Translations under genes and position numbers: made by a program
In this document: in pieces, positions 1 to 13,674 of the stretch
Numbering within the stretch: the stretch's first letter is position 1
How the letters are laid out: every line of letters starts with the position of its first letter
Origin: Octopus sinensis
Taxonomy: Eukaryota
NCBI RefSeq assembly: GCF_006345805.1
Contig: NC_043004.1
Coordinates: 52,514,001-52,578,000 of the forward strand
Direction of reading: 5' to 3'
Length of the DNA stretch: 64,000 bases
Notes under the pieces: generated by a model
Told to the model about the DNA's origin: nothing
Seen by the model: only the letters and a program-made list of their open reading frames with translations
Databases searched by the model: none

Positions 1-273
1 GAGACAATAAAGCGAAGAAATAAACATTGTGAGAGACAGTGAGGAACTTTACGAAGCATAACTTACTCTTCTTTTGTCTGCTAGAAGCAAATGCGTAACG
101 GCTGGTGAACACTTGTCGGGCCATGAAATCTAGTTAGAACTGATATCATATCATGTGTATGTGTGTGTGTGTGCGTGTGCGTGTGTGCGTGCGTGTATCT
201 GTGTGTGCACACGTGCACACACATGCATATACATATATATACATACATGCATATTATATATATATATATTATA

Positions 274-329
<56 letters not shown>

Positions 330-515
330 GATAGATAGATAGATAGATAGATAGATTGATAGATAAAGATATGCGCACATAGATAGATAAATAGATTTAT
401 AGATGAGCAAGTGGTAAAAATATTAAATTATAGAGCAACAATCTTTTAAATATATGCATTTATATATGCATACATACAAGCAAATATATAGAATGACACA
501 GAGAGACAGACAGAC

Positions 516-688
<173 letters not shown>

Positions 689-1089
689 CGATGGTACGTA
701 GGAATGATGTTTATTTGTAACGCATGCACGTCGTAGCATACAAAATGCATGGAAAAACTGGTAAGAGGAACGAAAAACGACGGAAGGTAGTCTTCCGTTC
801 CATAGGCTCTTCGTTTTTCTGTTCATACGCCTGTCGTTTTTGTTTTCTTATCTCTACTCAAGCCATTTTAAACAACCAATATTCAAATATACAAACAGTC
901 ATGCAATGCACACTTCAGCACACATTGGAAGCACATATTCGAGCACAAGTACTTATGAAGGATTATCACATAACAGAAATAAGTATTAATACATTTACTT
1001 GCATAGGGCATAGATACATATAATACAGACATCCAAACGCGAGTGAGTGTATATGTATATATATATATACACACAAACACACGCACACG

Positions 1090-1140
<51 letters not shown>

Positions 1141-1507
1141 AAGTTAAGTGTAATAAAAACGTTCATAATTATTTCTTACTAGTCTCAACAGAATCCACGT
1201 GGTTGATTTTTAGCTCTCTTATGTGTCCGAATGACCACCGGCTGAAATGGCAGTAGAAATATATTATATATATATATTAGATGTATATATATACATACAT
1301 CTAATTAGATGTATATATTTATATATGTATAGAGATATGTATGTATATGCATGCGTATTTTTTATGTAACCTCCTGCAAGTTAAAAGTCAATACCTTGAT
1401 GATAATCTAACTGAGGTAATTTTGACCTGAAAAGTAACTAGCCGACTATTCCTCATTCACACAAATACTACATCCGCGGTTCCACCAGCGATGAAACATA
1501 TATAGCC

Positions 1508-1570
<63 letters not shown>

Positions 1571-1940
1571 ACATATGTGTGTGTGTCTGTGTCTGTGTCT
1601 GTGTCTGTGTGTATGTTAGATAACAAATAGATTTCGATCTACCTATCTCTCTCTCTCTCTCTCATACACACACTATTTTTTATCTTTAATTGTTTCAGTC
1701 TTACCGAATTACTTGGCAAGTTTGCTTAGTACCTTCAATCAGTTGCAGAAACTATTGGCATCTTTAACTACCATTCCAAGAACGTTACTAAAGATGTTCC
1801 TGCAATAATTGTCTTAAGTATAAACAGTACAGACGCTGTATTTGTAAACGCCGATTAGTACATATATGTGTGCCTGAATGCATACACACAATCATAAACA
1901 CACACACACACATATGTGTACGTGTATTTGAGTGTGTTTT

Positions 1941-1978
<38 letters not shown>

Positions 1979-2489
1979 TAGATAGATATGTATGTGTACG
2001 TATATATATATAATATATATATATATATTATATATATATATATCATAATAATAATAATAATGTATATTATATAGTTAGTATTGTACTAAGAGGCTTCTAT
2101 AATGGATATATCTCCATAATTTACAAAGTCTTAGGGTTTGTTTACAAAATTTACATGTAGTATCGGGCAGTTAAATTATATATTCATAAAATTTGGTTGA
2201 AATCGATGGGTCAGAGTTTGGCCCAACCGGATGCTGAAGGAGCCATGTTAGCGTTCATGTGCGGTTTCGATTTTGGCCAGGGTTAGCTCATCATTTTTCA
2301 GTCAATTGTTTATGTAAAAATGTCGATATAAATCGGAGTATATGTATAATTATCATGGTGCACTATTATATAGTTATTATTGTTCTAAGAGACTTCCATT
2401 GTCGCTCTAGTTCCTTATCTTGTAAAGGATTCGGGTTTGTTTGCAAATATTATATGTAGTTATATATATATATATATATATATACGTAA

Positions 2490-2520
<31 letters not shown>

Positions 2521-2619
2521 AGTGTGTGCATATGCACATATACAAACAGAGGCTTTTATATGAATATACTTATTTATATTTATGTAATTATGTATAGTCA
2601 TACACACGTGTATAGTCTG

Positions 2620-3347
2620 GATTATTTATGAAGGTCTGAACATGCGCAAAAGATTTTTTACATGGCTAGTGACAAATAGAAGGAAAGACACAGCGATGTG
2701 TGCAGAGCGTTGTTTGAGCTCATTACATCAAATCCCAATCTATGTGAGTTTGGTGACCTGTGACGAAAGCTTGACCTACTATTATGATCCAGAGACCAAG
2801 AGACAATGTGTCCAATTGACCGAAAAGCACATGATGTTTCCTTTTTTCGAGAGCACGTACATCATCTACATCCATTGGATTCCTTGTAGTTAGACGGTCA
2901 ACAAACGATTCTTTTTAGAGGTTATGTCGGAGTTCAGGATTTGATTTTGTTTCAAAAGGCCAGATCTCTTTAACTCAGGACAGTGGCACCTAAAGCGCGG
3001 CAATGCACTAGTCCACAATTACATCTTGGTAACAGACTACTTGACAGAGATGGGCATCAAAACTGTCTCATACTGTGTCTACTGTCCAGACTTGCCCCCA
3101 TTATCTTATAGTTGTTCTCCAAACTGAAGGACAACCGCAAGGGTGCCTATTTTGAAGACATTAAGAACATGAATGAGGCTCTGACAAGGGCCTTTAGAAG
3201 AACGCCAGGAGATTATTCATCAAGTGGTACCAAGGCTATAAGTGTATTTCAGTGAGAGGATCCTAATTGGAAGAGTTTTGTACTTGCTTGATATTAACAA
3301 AAGTTTTCCTGAAAATGTCTAAAAGCTGTTGGAATGGATCTTGTATG
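2620..3347 (+). pseudogene. Degenerate mariner transposase (3' half) with decayed right TIR
   Basis: VTCDESLTYYYDPETKRQ (first catalytic D), IHWIP, and YCPDLP (YSPDLAP-like) motifs, with stops and frameshifts. Confidence 0.75.
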
Positions 3348-4393
3348 AAAGTTATAGGATGAAAATACTCTAAAAAGAGACCAAAATGTTTAGTTGATAA
3401 TGAACGATACAATGAAATGAGAGTGAGGCAAAAGAGGAGGGCCTAAAAGTTGTTTTAGCACACTTAATGTCTCTGTTTTCAATTAAAATAATCACCATGT
3501 AGGATTTCCATTTTATAACAGACATCAATTGTATACGTGTCACCAATAACATTCATATAATTTTAAAACATTAAACTTTCCAATTCTGATATAAAGCCTG
3601 AAATTTGGGAGACAGGGCCTTTGTCGTATGTGGTTACATGTATATATACTCTCAACCACGGAACGTTCGAAATTTAAGGTTGATGCCGTCGTGATTCGAA
3701 CGGGAATTGTGAAGTGGTAGAAATGATACTGCAATATACTTTTCCTGCGATCTAGCGATACGACTAATTCGCCATTGATATCCATTAATGCAAAAACTAA
3801 AAACAAAGAAGTATATATTTTAATGTAATTATTATATTTTGAAAACTCAATTTTATTCCTAGTTTCAGTATATGGCTTTATGTTGTTCGTTTAATATGTT
3901 TCTCTCTTCTCCAAGTAGAAATCCCAAAATAATATTCAGCAACCGTTTCTTTATTATATCAGTTGGTACAAATATACATGCGTAAATAAGTTTTATTTAT
4001 TTATTAGCATTTTTTAAAAAAAAAATTTTTTTGGCGTACAACCCAATTTTAATTCGCTAAATTGTAGTTGATCAAACAATATTGATAGTTGTAAAGCTTT
4101 TTTTTCTTTTATCGGGACACATATTCTTTGTTCCCAAGATTCTATCACTGTCAAGAAAAAAAGAAAGAGAACAAGGTTCGCGTTGCGTATTTGAAGAAGA
4201 GGTTTTACGATAAATAGGATCGATGAGAGTAAAATAAACGAACATTAAGAGAAAAAGACAGGGTGGAAGAATGAAGAAAAGAACAGATGCTATCAAGAGG
4301 CAACAAAACAAGTATAGGAGAAGGAAATAGGAAGCAAAAGGAAGATATTTATACTAAGTTCAAAGTACATTCCAAGATATATATGTGTGTGTA

Positions 4394-4456
<63 letters not shown>

Positions 4457-4672
4457 CTAGTTTGCATATACACACATGCATATATACGTCTGCGTGCACG
4501 CATAAACTTGCATATATTTATGCAAAAACGCAGTCATGCTGAAAAAACATACACACTCCCAGATATGCGCACACACAAACACATACACCCGCAAACACTC
4601 ACTCACACCCACGCAGACATACGCACATCCTACACCACTTATATATGCATATACGTCATACACACCATACAC

Positions 4673-4756
<84 letters not shown>

Positions 4757-5310
4757 AGCGCGTTTTACGACTTTGAATAGGCGTATATATACGCACTTAT
4801 GCTACACAGTATAAACAATGCCAGAAGATTTATTACAAACTAATGATCTGTATCATAACAGTATTATTCCACTCATGGTTATTCTACAATATTTGGCATC
4901 GCCTCGAAGGGAGCATCAAAGCTTAATATTATAATTCTACACTCTGTTGTATTGGTATTTCGCTCTAATTCTTTTGTTACAGGCATTTGTATCAATGTAT
5001 CTAAGCGTGAAGCAGATGTCGAGGTGAATATACCGTGTTGTTGGAATATATGTATGTATTCAAGAGATGAGAAATGTTATGTATACAGTTAAGCTACAGC
5101 TATTGATGTATTTGTATGAATAGTTTTAATATATATGTGTGCCTACATGCGTAGGATATTTGGTATTTCAATGTAATTCTTCAAAGAATCGGAATAAGGT
5201 TATTAAAAAATAATCGAACGAATTACGGAGGCAAATAAAAATCTAATTGTGCCATTACGATAGATGTATATATATAAGCATTTTCATATGACCGTATGCA
5301 CGTATATATT

Positions 5311-5370
<60 letters not shown>

Positions 5371-6050
5371 ACGCGTGCACACAGATACATAGAAATATAT
5401 ATGCATACTTAGACTCGTATATATATATATATATAATATCTATATTTTATTATGCACATAGAGCCATATATACATCAATATTGTGCACACACAAAATTAT
5501 ATATATTTCTATATGTGTATATATATATATATATATATAATAAAATTAGTAATGCAATAGTCGAGTGTATTGGCATTAATGTGGTAACACCTGAAATGTT
5601 GTCGTGGTATATGTTTGGCTGATGAAGATGGATCAAGTATATGTGTGCAGGCATATCTTGAAAAATCTGAAACCGGCTCCGGTCCCACATTATCCTTTTC
5701 TAGGTATTTCATCTTTCAGATGTTCTCCCTGGAGGTAAGACAATTTTTTTCAAGTCTGTTGCACTCACGCATTTTGCTAGTACATTCGCGGTGAAGCTAT
5801 ACATTAGCGTCGTATTATTACGTTCGCTATTTCCAGTAAATATCAGTACCTCGTTGTGCAATATATTTACTTCTATGTATATATATGCTTGTGTTCATGT
5901 GTGCATGTGGGCCTATGTGTATATGTAGGTTTGAACCATTGAACCGTAAGCAGAGAGAGATATGTAGAAGTGAAACTATAGATGGAAGACAGCTATAGTT
6001 ACGAGTATCCCAGGACAGCGTTCGATATTAATAAACCTATGTATGTGTGT

Positions 6051-6091
<41 letters not shown>

Positions 6092-6360
6092 CATCAGCAT
6101 AAGTATATGAGCATATGGAAAAGAATATATTTAGAGCGTTGCTCTCATGATTGGAATATGGTGGTTTCCATGAGTGGCGTTCTTGTGCCAAACGCTACAT
6201 TTCATGTGTCTCCACTAGACAGAAAAAATGAATAACCTTGCAATGGACAGGCAAAATGTCCAGCAGAAACATACCCCACGGAATTCGATAACGAGCCTTT
6301 TATGCCTATGGTTTACGAAGGAACTTAGATACTTGTTTTAATGTAAGCTTATATATATTT

Positions 6361-6587
6361 CTTTATTGCCCATAAGGAGCTAAACATAGAGGGGACAAAC
6401 AAGGACAGACAACGGGATTAAATCGATTACATCGACCACAGTGCGTAACTGGTACTTAATTTATCGACCCCGAAAGGATGAAAGGCAAAGTCGACCTCGG
6501 CGGAATTTGAACTCAGAACGTAACGACAGACGAAATACTGCTAAGCATTTCGCCCGTCGTGCTAACGTTTCTGCCAGCTCGCCGCCT
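6361..6587 (-). mobile_element. tRNA-derived SINE, family B
   Basis: Reverse complement of ggcggcgagctggcagaaacgttagcac...gagttcaaattccgccgaggtcgactttgcc. Confidence 0.88.
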
Positions 6588-7429
6588 ATGTAAGCTTATA
6601 TAAACAGTATATATGACTCTATACATGTAATTATTATACACACAGACTCACACACACACGTATGCATGCATATAGTCCTGGTTATGATTCTAAAGAGCAT
6701 CTGGTATTGTGGTTCTGGTTTGGGACTTCAAGCTTTGAGGCCGGTAGAGAAACCCACTTAACTACTATAGTTCCCACAATTAATGAAGCGCGGAGTAACA
6801 GCACCTGTCCGGAAAGTAGGTAATTGAAATATCTAATGACAATCAAGGTGACCACGGTGACAAAAATAAAATACCATAGGCGTCAAGGTGCGGAGTAAAA
6901 GCACGGGGAGTGAGGGAAAGCCCTTGAAGTTATTACAGAATCCAATGACACTCTGACGCACAACAGAGTTTCACGTAATTATTGTTCGTCTCGATTTGAC
7001 CTATCACTAAGTACTTTTTACGGAGACTCAGATGGTGGTACACGCGTTGTACAAGCGTTTATCACTATAATCCCATGGCGTACTACGGTCTCATTTGTCC
7101 TTCATTCAAATGAAAGTTTTATGGCGAGGGAGGAGTACTGACTTGTGCTCACATAATCACTCGGGGGTGTTTCAGACTATGCATATCTCTAGCGGGAACG
7201 AATAATCACCTGAGAGGTCAAGGACGGAGGACAGAAATATCATCAGCAAAAAGGAAGCACAAGTTGACGGCAATTATCCTTCTCTATACATGGCACAAAT
7301 ATTTATCAATATATGAGAATGTATATGTGAGCGTGTGTTTGTATGTGTTTCTTTAAGTACATATATATAATACCTTACATACGTATCTGCATATATACAT
7401 ATATACATACAAATATACATATATTTTCC

Positions 7430-7640
7430 TTCCGGTCTTTCAAAATGTGACCTGGTGTGCACCGTTGGCGATTTTTTTCCCTCTGTCTTCCTTTCTCTGG
7501 ATCTTTCCTTCTCCTATGTTTCCGACGAAGAGCTCCGCTCGAAACGTTAAACCCTCCTTCTTTCCTTCTTTCCTGAGCGTCCAATAATACTATATTTGTT
7601 CCACGTCCTCGCGTTGTTGTGTTTTTTGTGCTTTCTTGTT
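7430..7640 (+). mobile_element. Probable Penelope-like terminal repeat
   Basis: GTTT-CCGACGA-A-GAGC-TCC-GCTC-GAAAC-GTT-AAAC motif at ~7518-7552. Confidence 0.45.
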
Positions 7641-7676
7641 TCGATTGACTTCATATATAATATATATATATATATG

Positions 7677-7732
<56 letters not shown>

Positions 7733-7755
7733 GTATATATATATATATATATGTG

Positions 7756-7801
<46 letters not shown>

Positions 7802-7827
7802 GTGTATGTATTATATATATATATATA

Positions 7828-7873
<46 letters not shown>

Positions 7874-7933
7874 GGATATTATTTCTAAAAATAATATCGT
7901 TAATACATATATGCACACACATATATATATATT

Positions 7934-7995
<62 letters not shown>

Positions 7996-8779
7996 CTGTG
8001 TGTGCGTGCATGTATGTATGTATATGACTGTTTGTCTATATGGATAATTATATTCCTACATTTTCATATTCCAATGCTGGAGCAACCAACGATCCCATTA
8101 TATAATAATTCTTTCCTCTTGCATTCGAACAGTTTGTAAATCTAGATTTATATATAGAATTTTCTATTGCTTAAAAAAAGCCATATAGATAAAGTATATA
8201 TAAAATTATTCCGAATATTAATATCAGTAATATATTTAAGTCTTTCCTTTCAATGCAATTCTAGACGCTTCTATGAAATTATTTTTGTCCGCGCTTGATC
8301 CCTTCTTGCAGTGCTCCTGACATTTTCTATATTGTTAATGTCTTTATGCAATGTGTTTTAAGGGCTATCAGATAGAGCCAGTTAATATTCTTATTTTCAT
8401 TTCTTTTTTTTTTCGTTAACAAGCACCCTTTCATGGTGTATTTCATGGGGACAAAACACAAAAACTATAAAACTTCCATAGTACATTTCCAAGGTCAACT
8501 CTTCCGGTATCTAGAGACATCCCATGAGTTGACAAAATCGCCCGCATAAAATTTGATGGGAGAGGAGGCGCTTTGTTGCGTTGCAGTTTACAGATTTTGC
8601 TATTCTATTAATGAGGTTTTTTTTTAATCCTCACTGCTTGTCTCAAAAATATTAGGACACTTAAACGAAAATACGCTGTTAGTCGTTTGACCGCATGCGA
8701 CACGTTCATAATGAACGACAGTTCAGATAAAAGGATTTTTTGGATGCAGGAGGAAAGAGTGAGAGAATTTTATGGCGAA

Positions 8780-8896
8780 AGAGTCTGCCGGAGCGGGATG
8801 GAGTTTAGGTGTTTTGCTCATAAACGCACACATCGTCCGGTCTTAGATTCGAACCCGCGAGTCCGCTGCTCTAACCACTTGGCCATGTGCCTCCAC
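8780..8896 (-). mobile_element. Divergent family C SINE head fragment
   Basis: gtggaggcacatggccaagtggttagagcagcggactcgcgggttcgaatc on the minus strand. Confidence 0.65.
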
Positions 8897-9871
8897 AGAA
8901 TAGTATATATGGTAGGCAAATTCAATACGTAAAATATAGGCATTGGGTCAAGACTAAAAGTGTGAAGATTTGGCAATAACATAGGCAATAACTCAAGGAA
9001 TGTTTACTGTGAATTTGTTTTTAAATATAGATTTTACTGTAATATATATCTAATTTTTGTACTATTCTGTTTATTGTACTAATTACCAACTTCTATTTTT
9101 ATAACCTCTTCAAATTTGTAATAATTAATTAATAATTAAAAGAATCAATTGTTTTAAAGTGCAAAAAATATTTTGATTGAGTTATTTTTAATTGTTAATA
9201 GAAGTAATATATACTAGCAAATAGAAGTATTATAACTTGTAATAAAGTTTTTAGTTTTAATAAAAGCTAATATTTTCTAAATCTAAATATTTTATTTGAA
9301 ATTTTATCCTTAGCTGCAGTATTTGAAGTAAAGTTTTTCTTGTTTTCTACCTTACCAGATGTAATAAGTTGTCGTGAACTTTCACAAGAGTTATAACTTC
9401 TTCTATTTTCCAGATTTATAATCTTAAGAATACTATTTCCCTTGCTCGCAATTTCCATGAAATATATATTTCTTGCATGGATATTTAAAAAATGTATTAA
9501 CCGTTCGAATGCCCTTCATAGTCTTATTTGGGTGCCTATGAGGTACTGCCCATTGCGTTGACTGACTTCTTGTTTCATAATCATGTCATTAAATAAGTGA
9601 TCTGTTGTGAAACTCCACAGAGAGGTTTAGTTACCTTACTGAAACCTATTTCGCTTCCTTCATACATCATCAGACGTGCCACAAGATTTCCATGCGATAC
9701 GATAAGTCATCATTTCTTTTCACATTCTCATGTCATACCAGTACATATTCCATTGACGACTGCTCTTTATGTGAATTGCTGGTAGTAAATATTACATTGC
9801 TCACTCTGAAAAAATCGGATGCAATATCTAAAAAAAATATCGGGAAATTTTTCTATAATTCTTAACATAGT

Positions 9872-10188
9872 TCTCTTTTACTCTTTGACTCTTTTACTTG
9901 TTTCAGTCATTTGACTGCGGCCATGCTGGAGCACCGCCTTTAGTCGAGCAAATCGACCCCGGGACTTATTCTTTGTAAGCCCAGTACTTATTCTATCGGT
10001 CGATTTTGCCGAACCGCTAAGTAACGGGTACGTAGACACACCAGCAATGCTGGGGGGGAGGGACCAACACAGACACACAAACACATACATATATATATAT
10101 ATATATAAGACAGGCTTCTTTCAGTTTCCGTCTACCAAATCCACTCACAAGGCATTGGTCGGCCCGGGGCTATAGCAGAACAGTGTGG
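9872..10188 (-). mobile_element. Body of tRNA-derived SINE (family A) interrupted by the gag-element array; B-box segment deleted
   Basis: Matches the intact copy at 17797-18236 (gccttgtgagtggatttggtagacggaaactgaaagaagc...gcggtgctccagcatggccgcagtcaaatgactgaaacaag). Its head lies at 15808-15831. Confidence 0.9.
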
Positions 10189-10206
10189 CTGGCTAGCAAG
10201 CTACTT

Positions 10207-12195
10207 TATTTCATATGATTTGCCACTAAGGCAGTACAAAGAGTAGCTGCGGCCTGGACAAAAACATTAATGAATGATGGTGATGGACGAAGATGGGGTT
10301 GGGAGAAGACGAAAGCGCCCGCCGACTTTCGCTTCTCTAAGACATTGTCCTTTTTTTTCAAAGGTTTTACAAAGATTTCAAATTTTACAAATTTTACCAG
10401 AGGCAATAAACCTCTTTTTCAATATAATACAATGTTCAGTAAGTCTATGTTACCCGGCCGACCAGCGCTCTTGCCTCAACGAGGCAATCATCGCTGGTCA
10501 GTTCGTGGTCTAGAGGTATTATTTGAAATGAGTCCATCGGGAAGGAACCCGTGATCCTGCCCAGATTACCCCTCCTTATGACCTCCGCAGCCAGCTGCGA
10601 AGGCCACTCGGGGTCCTCCGTGCAGGACCGAAGTCCCTCCCATTTTACTCATTTTACTCATCTCACCTTCCACTGTTCCACCTTTAAAAAAGAGAACCAC
10701 AAATTGTGTCCCACAAATTGTTCCTCAGGCGGCACACCCGCCTGAGAAGACTTCGGGGACGCCGTCTGCGTATCACAATCCGCCGGCGGCGTCCCGTTTC
10801 TCCTCTTCCTTTTCTTCTTTTTATCTTGGGCCGCGGGAGGTTGAGGTTGAGGTGTTGCACACACCGGGTTCTCTTCTTCTCCCGCAGCTTCCGGGTCTTT
10901 TGGTGGGTCGCCATTGCTCGCCACTTTTCTCTTTCTCGTTGAGGAAGTCGTCGCTTCCCCGCTCTGTTTCTCTCCCTCCATCGGGGGGGGGGGGGGCAGG
11001 GAGAGGCTACGACATCAAATGCTCCAGGATCCTACTTTGGTCCCTGGGGCAGTTTTTCCTAATATGGTCGGTGTCCAGGCACAGGTGACACTTGTGGAAG
11101 GGCGTCCCTCAAGCATTACCGGACACCTGTACCCGGCCATCCTCAAGAAGTCCGGCAAAACCAGACCTTTGGCTGATTGGGTCCATAGGGTCAAAGTAGC
11201 TATTGACCCCTCCCAATCAGCCGCAGCCTGTACTCTTACGTTTAGGAGCTTGGCGCTATTACCACCCAGACCCCGGCGGATAGAGTCCTCTATACACTCG
11301 GGTCCAACGCCGGGTGGTAAGCCGCAGATCCAAGCTCTCAACAATTTTTGTCCCTTGTAATTAGGGAGGAACAATATCTCCTTGCCCTCAATGGGCTTGC
11401 TTGCAAAGTCGCAAGCTGCTTTAGGGGAGTCAAACAGCAACCAAACCGTTGCGTATTTGACTCCCGGTGCGATGTATTTAACGGCTGGCATATAGTCTGC
11501 CAGCTCGTTAACAATAGTGGCCTTTGGAAAGACAGCTATGGTGTTGAGCAACTTTGAATAAGTCCTCAACACCACGGTCCTCTAGCTCTTTCAGATATCT
11601 TTTGGGAGGTGTCAACTCCCATATGGTGAACTCCTTTGCCATAACAAAAGTTCAAAAAACAGTTCAAAGTGATAAAATAAAATAGACAAAAAAAGGAGAA
11701 TAAAAACAGAACAGAAGGGAAGAAACAAAATTCGAAACAGCAGTTCAAAAAAGTCTTTTTAAAATAAAAGATAGCAGAAGAGAGTTCAAAATCGAGGCAA
11801 AGGAATTAATTTTTTTCTTTCTTTTTTCCCGGCCAAAAGGTATTCCAGGCCACTGGTGAAAATAATCCCTGGTACTCCGTTGATAAATCCGAAGACAAAG
11901 GCAATTACACACGTTAATTTTTTAGGTGGGGCTACGCCTTCTCAAAAACACAATTCTCACTACAAAGTGTGTCTTTATACTCGACCACAGGCAGGAAAAA
12001 AATGTCTGGAGCAAAGTGGAGTTTATTACTTGCTAAAAAATATTAAATGCTAAAAAACATTAAATGCAAGCAATAAACTTCACTAAGCTCCTAAAAATAC
12101 AAAACGCCTACCTGTAGTCGAGTCAAAAGTTCAACAATTCACGTTGAAACACGTGACAACTGGAGCATCAAAACAACACGTCTGAACACGTCAGA
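10207..12195 (-). mobile_element. ORF1-only non-LTR retroelement, copy 1 (~2.0 kb)
   Basis: Bounded by target repeats at 10189-10206 and 12196-12211. 5'UTR (~550 nt) and 3'UTR align with element 3. Ends in hairpin + AATAAA. Confidence 0.75.
10445..11642 (-). pseudogene. Frameshifted ORF1/gag-like gene of element 1 (close relative of the element 3 ORF)
   Basis: ATG at 11642 gives MAKEFTIWELTPPKRYL (element 3: MAKARNFTVWELAPPKKYL). Frameshift into track ORF 11015-11575. Knuckle CHLCLDTDHIRKNC is in another frame. C-terminus WPSQLAAEV...ELTSDDCLVEARALVGRVT* matches WPPRVAAER...DLSSQSCLQAARQFASGT*. Confidence 0.8.
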
Positions 12196-12211
12196 GGTTA
12201 GCGAGCTACTT

Positions 12212-13656
12212 TATTCTATCAGATTTGCCATAAAGGCAGTACACAGATGGGACACTACAACACATGTGGGGACAGATAACAATTAAAAAATAAAATATGA
12301 TATAATGGATGAACATGAAAATGCACATGAAGAACAAATTAAAATATGATAATATGAATGATATCTGAAAATGATATTATGAAGAGTGTGCTACTCACCC
12401 CACACTGAGTAACACAACTCCCTGTCTCTAGGTCCTGAGTCCTTTTTCTCTTTTCGTTCAATCCTGTCACTTGATGGTAACCTTCTCTCCGTCATGCATT
12501 CATAACCTTTTTCGCCGGGAGGGGGGGTCTTCTAAATTTTGTGGTGTCTGTTCTTTTTTTTTCTTTTTTTCTTGAGGGGAAATGGGGTGGGTGGGTTCGT
12601 GTCTGTATGGGGAGGGTGGGTCTGAGTGGTCTTGGGTGGGATGGGGTTGGACTGGGGTGCCACATCATACTCAGTGTCTTTTCTTTTTTTTCTCTTTCTT
12701 CTTGTGCGCTCTGCAACTTTCCATTCCTCCTTTTCATCGCTTCCTTCGTCTATTTTTTCTTTTTCCTCTTTTTTCTCTTCTGTCTCCGCAACCACATCCT
12801 CGGCCGTAGTCTTTCGTAGAGGGCAGTATGCTCTAATGTGGCCCTTTTGGCCACATTTAAAGCAACGTGGTACTCTGCCCTCTACCCACACCCTCAGAAC
12901 GATTTTCCCCAGCGTCACAGTTTCTGCCAAGTTCTCAAGTTGTTCCTCCTCTGTCTGAATGATTAATTCGAGCGTCCTTCCTTTGCACACTCCTTCTGTT
13001 TCTGTGGCTTGGAGGACAGCCACCTTCTCCTCGCTTCCAACAAGGACAGCTGCTGCTATCCAAGCCCCTTCTACGTCCGGCGGAATTGCTTCTACCCTCA
13101 CTTTGGAAGTTTTTCTTCCAAGGTATTTGGGCAGAAGCACTACCTCCTCCGTTTTCACCACCACACTTGCCAGCCTCATTGCCTCTTCAGCTGTCCTAAA
13201 TTGGACAATCATTGTTCCGTATCTTTTTCCTTTTGTGATGTATGTGATTTCTTTTGACCTCTCTCTTAGCGCTCTTTTTGTATCTGCTTCCACCGGTTCA
13301 GCCCTTTTTCCTTTTAAAGGGAACACCTTATAGGTGATAGTCTTTCTTTCTATCTTCTCCATGATTCCTTTGGGGGGCGACAGTCTTACGTCCCCTTCCA
13401 CCTTCTGTAGCATCTTGCCATAGTTTTTCAAACCAGCCAAGTCCAGCTCCTTTCGTCTCTTCTCCGTGATCTCTGCAAAACTCTTGTTCTTTTCAAGCAT
13501 ACTGTCCATTGCTATGACCGCCCTCACGAGCTCCACCTCTGAAGACAACTCAGACCCGGTAAGGTCTGAGTACATTGTCTCACCGCAGCAACAACACCGA
13601 CGTCCGACTCGCACACAAACGACAAACCAAATGCACTATGGGTAACCGGAAGCAAG
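12212..13656 (-). mobile_element. ORF1-only non-LTR retroelement, copy 2 (~1.45 kb, divergent family)
   Basis: Flanked by identical AAGTAGCTCGCTAACC copies (12196-12211 and 13659-13674). ~80-nt 5'UTR, single ORF, 3' hairpin + AATAAA. Confidence 0.75.
12532..13575 (-). CDS. 347-aa ORF1/gag-like protein (RRM-like + CCHC knuckle) of element 2
   Basis: First ATG at 13575 within the 360-aa track ORF. Contains VWVEGRVPRCFKCGQKGHIRAYCP. Aligns with the element 3 protein (LSPPKG~LAPPKK, FRTAEEA~FDSAEEA, LLPKYLG~FLPSYRG, IPP~LPP). Confidence 0.78.
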   Translation of the reverse strand: MYSDLTGSELSSEVELVRAVIAMDSMLEKNKSFAEITEKRRKELDLAGLKNYGKMLQKVEGDVRLSPPKGIMEKIERKTITYKVFPLKGKRAEPVEADTKRALRERSKEITYITKGKRYGTMIVQFRTAEEAMRLASVVVKTEEVVLLPKYLGRKTSKVRVEAIPPDVEGAWIAAAVLVGSEEKVAVLQATETEGVCKGRTLELIIQTEEEQLENLAETVTLGKIVLRVWVEGRVPRCFKCGQKGHIRAYCPLRKTTAEDVVAETEEKKEEKEKIDEGSDEKEEWKVAERTRRKRKKRKDTEYDVAPQSNPIPPKTTQTHPPHTDTNPPTPFPLKKKRKKKNRHHKI

Positions 13657-13674
13657 CTGGTTAGCGAGCTACTT

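Noticed and set aside
3540-3806. Possible minus-strand exon after ttctttgtttttag (88-aa ORF, faint cadherin- or MATH-like words)
   Set aside because: No convincing domain motif or donor site; cannot be supported without RNA data.
8050-9800. Possible decayed GIY-YIG/Penelope coding remnants on the minus strand
   Set aside because: Only faint motif similarity across multiple stops; too degenerate to call.
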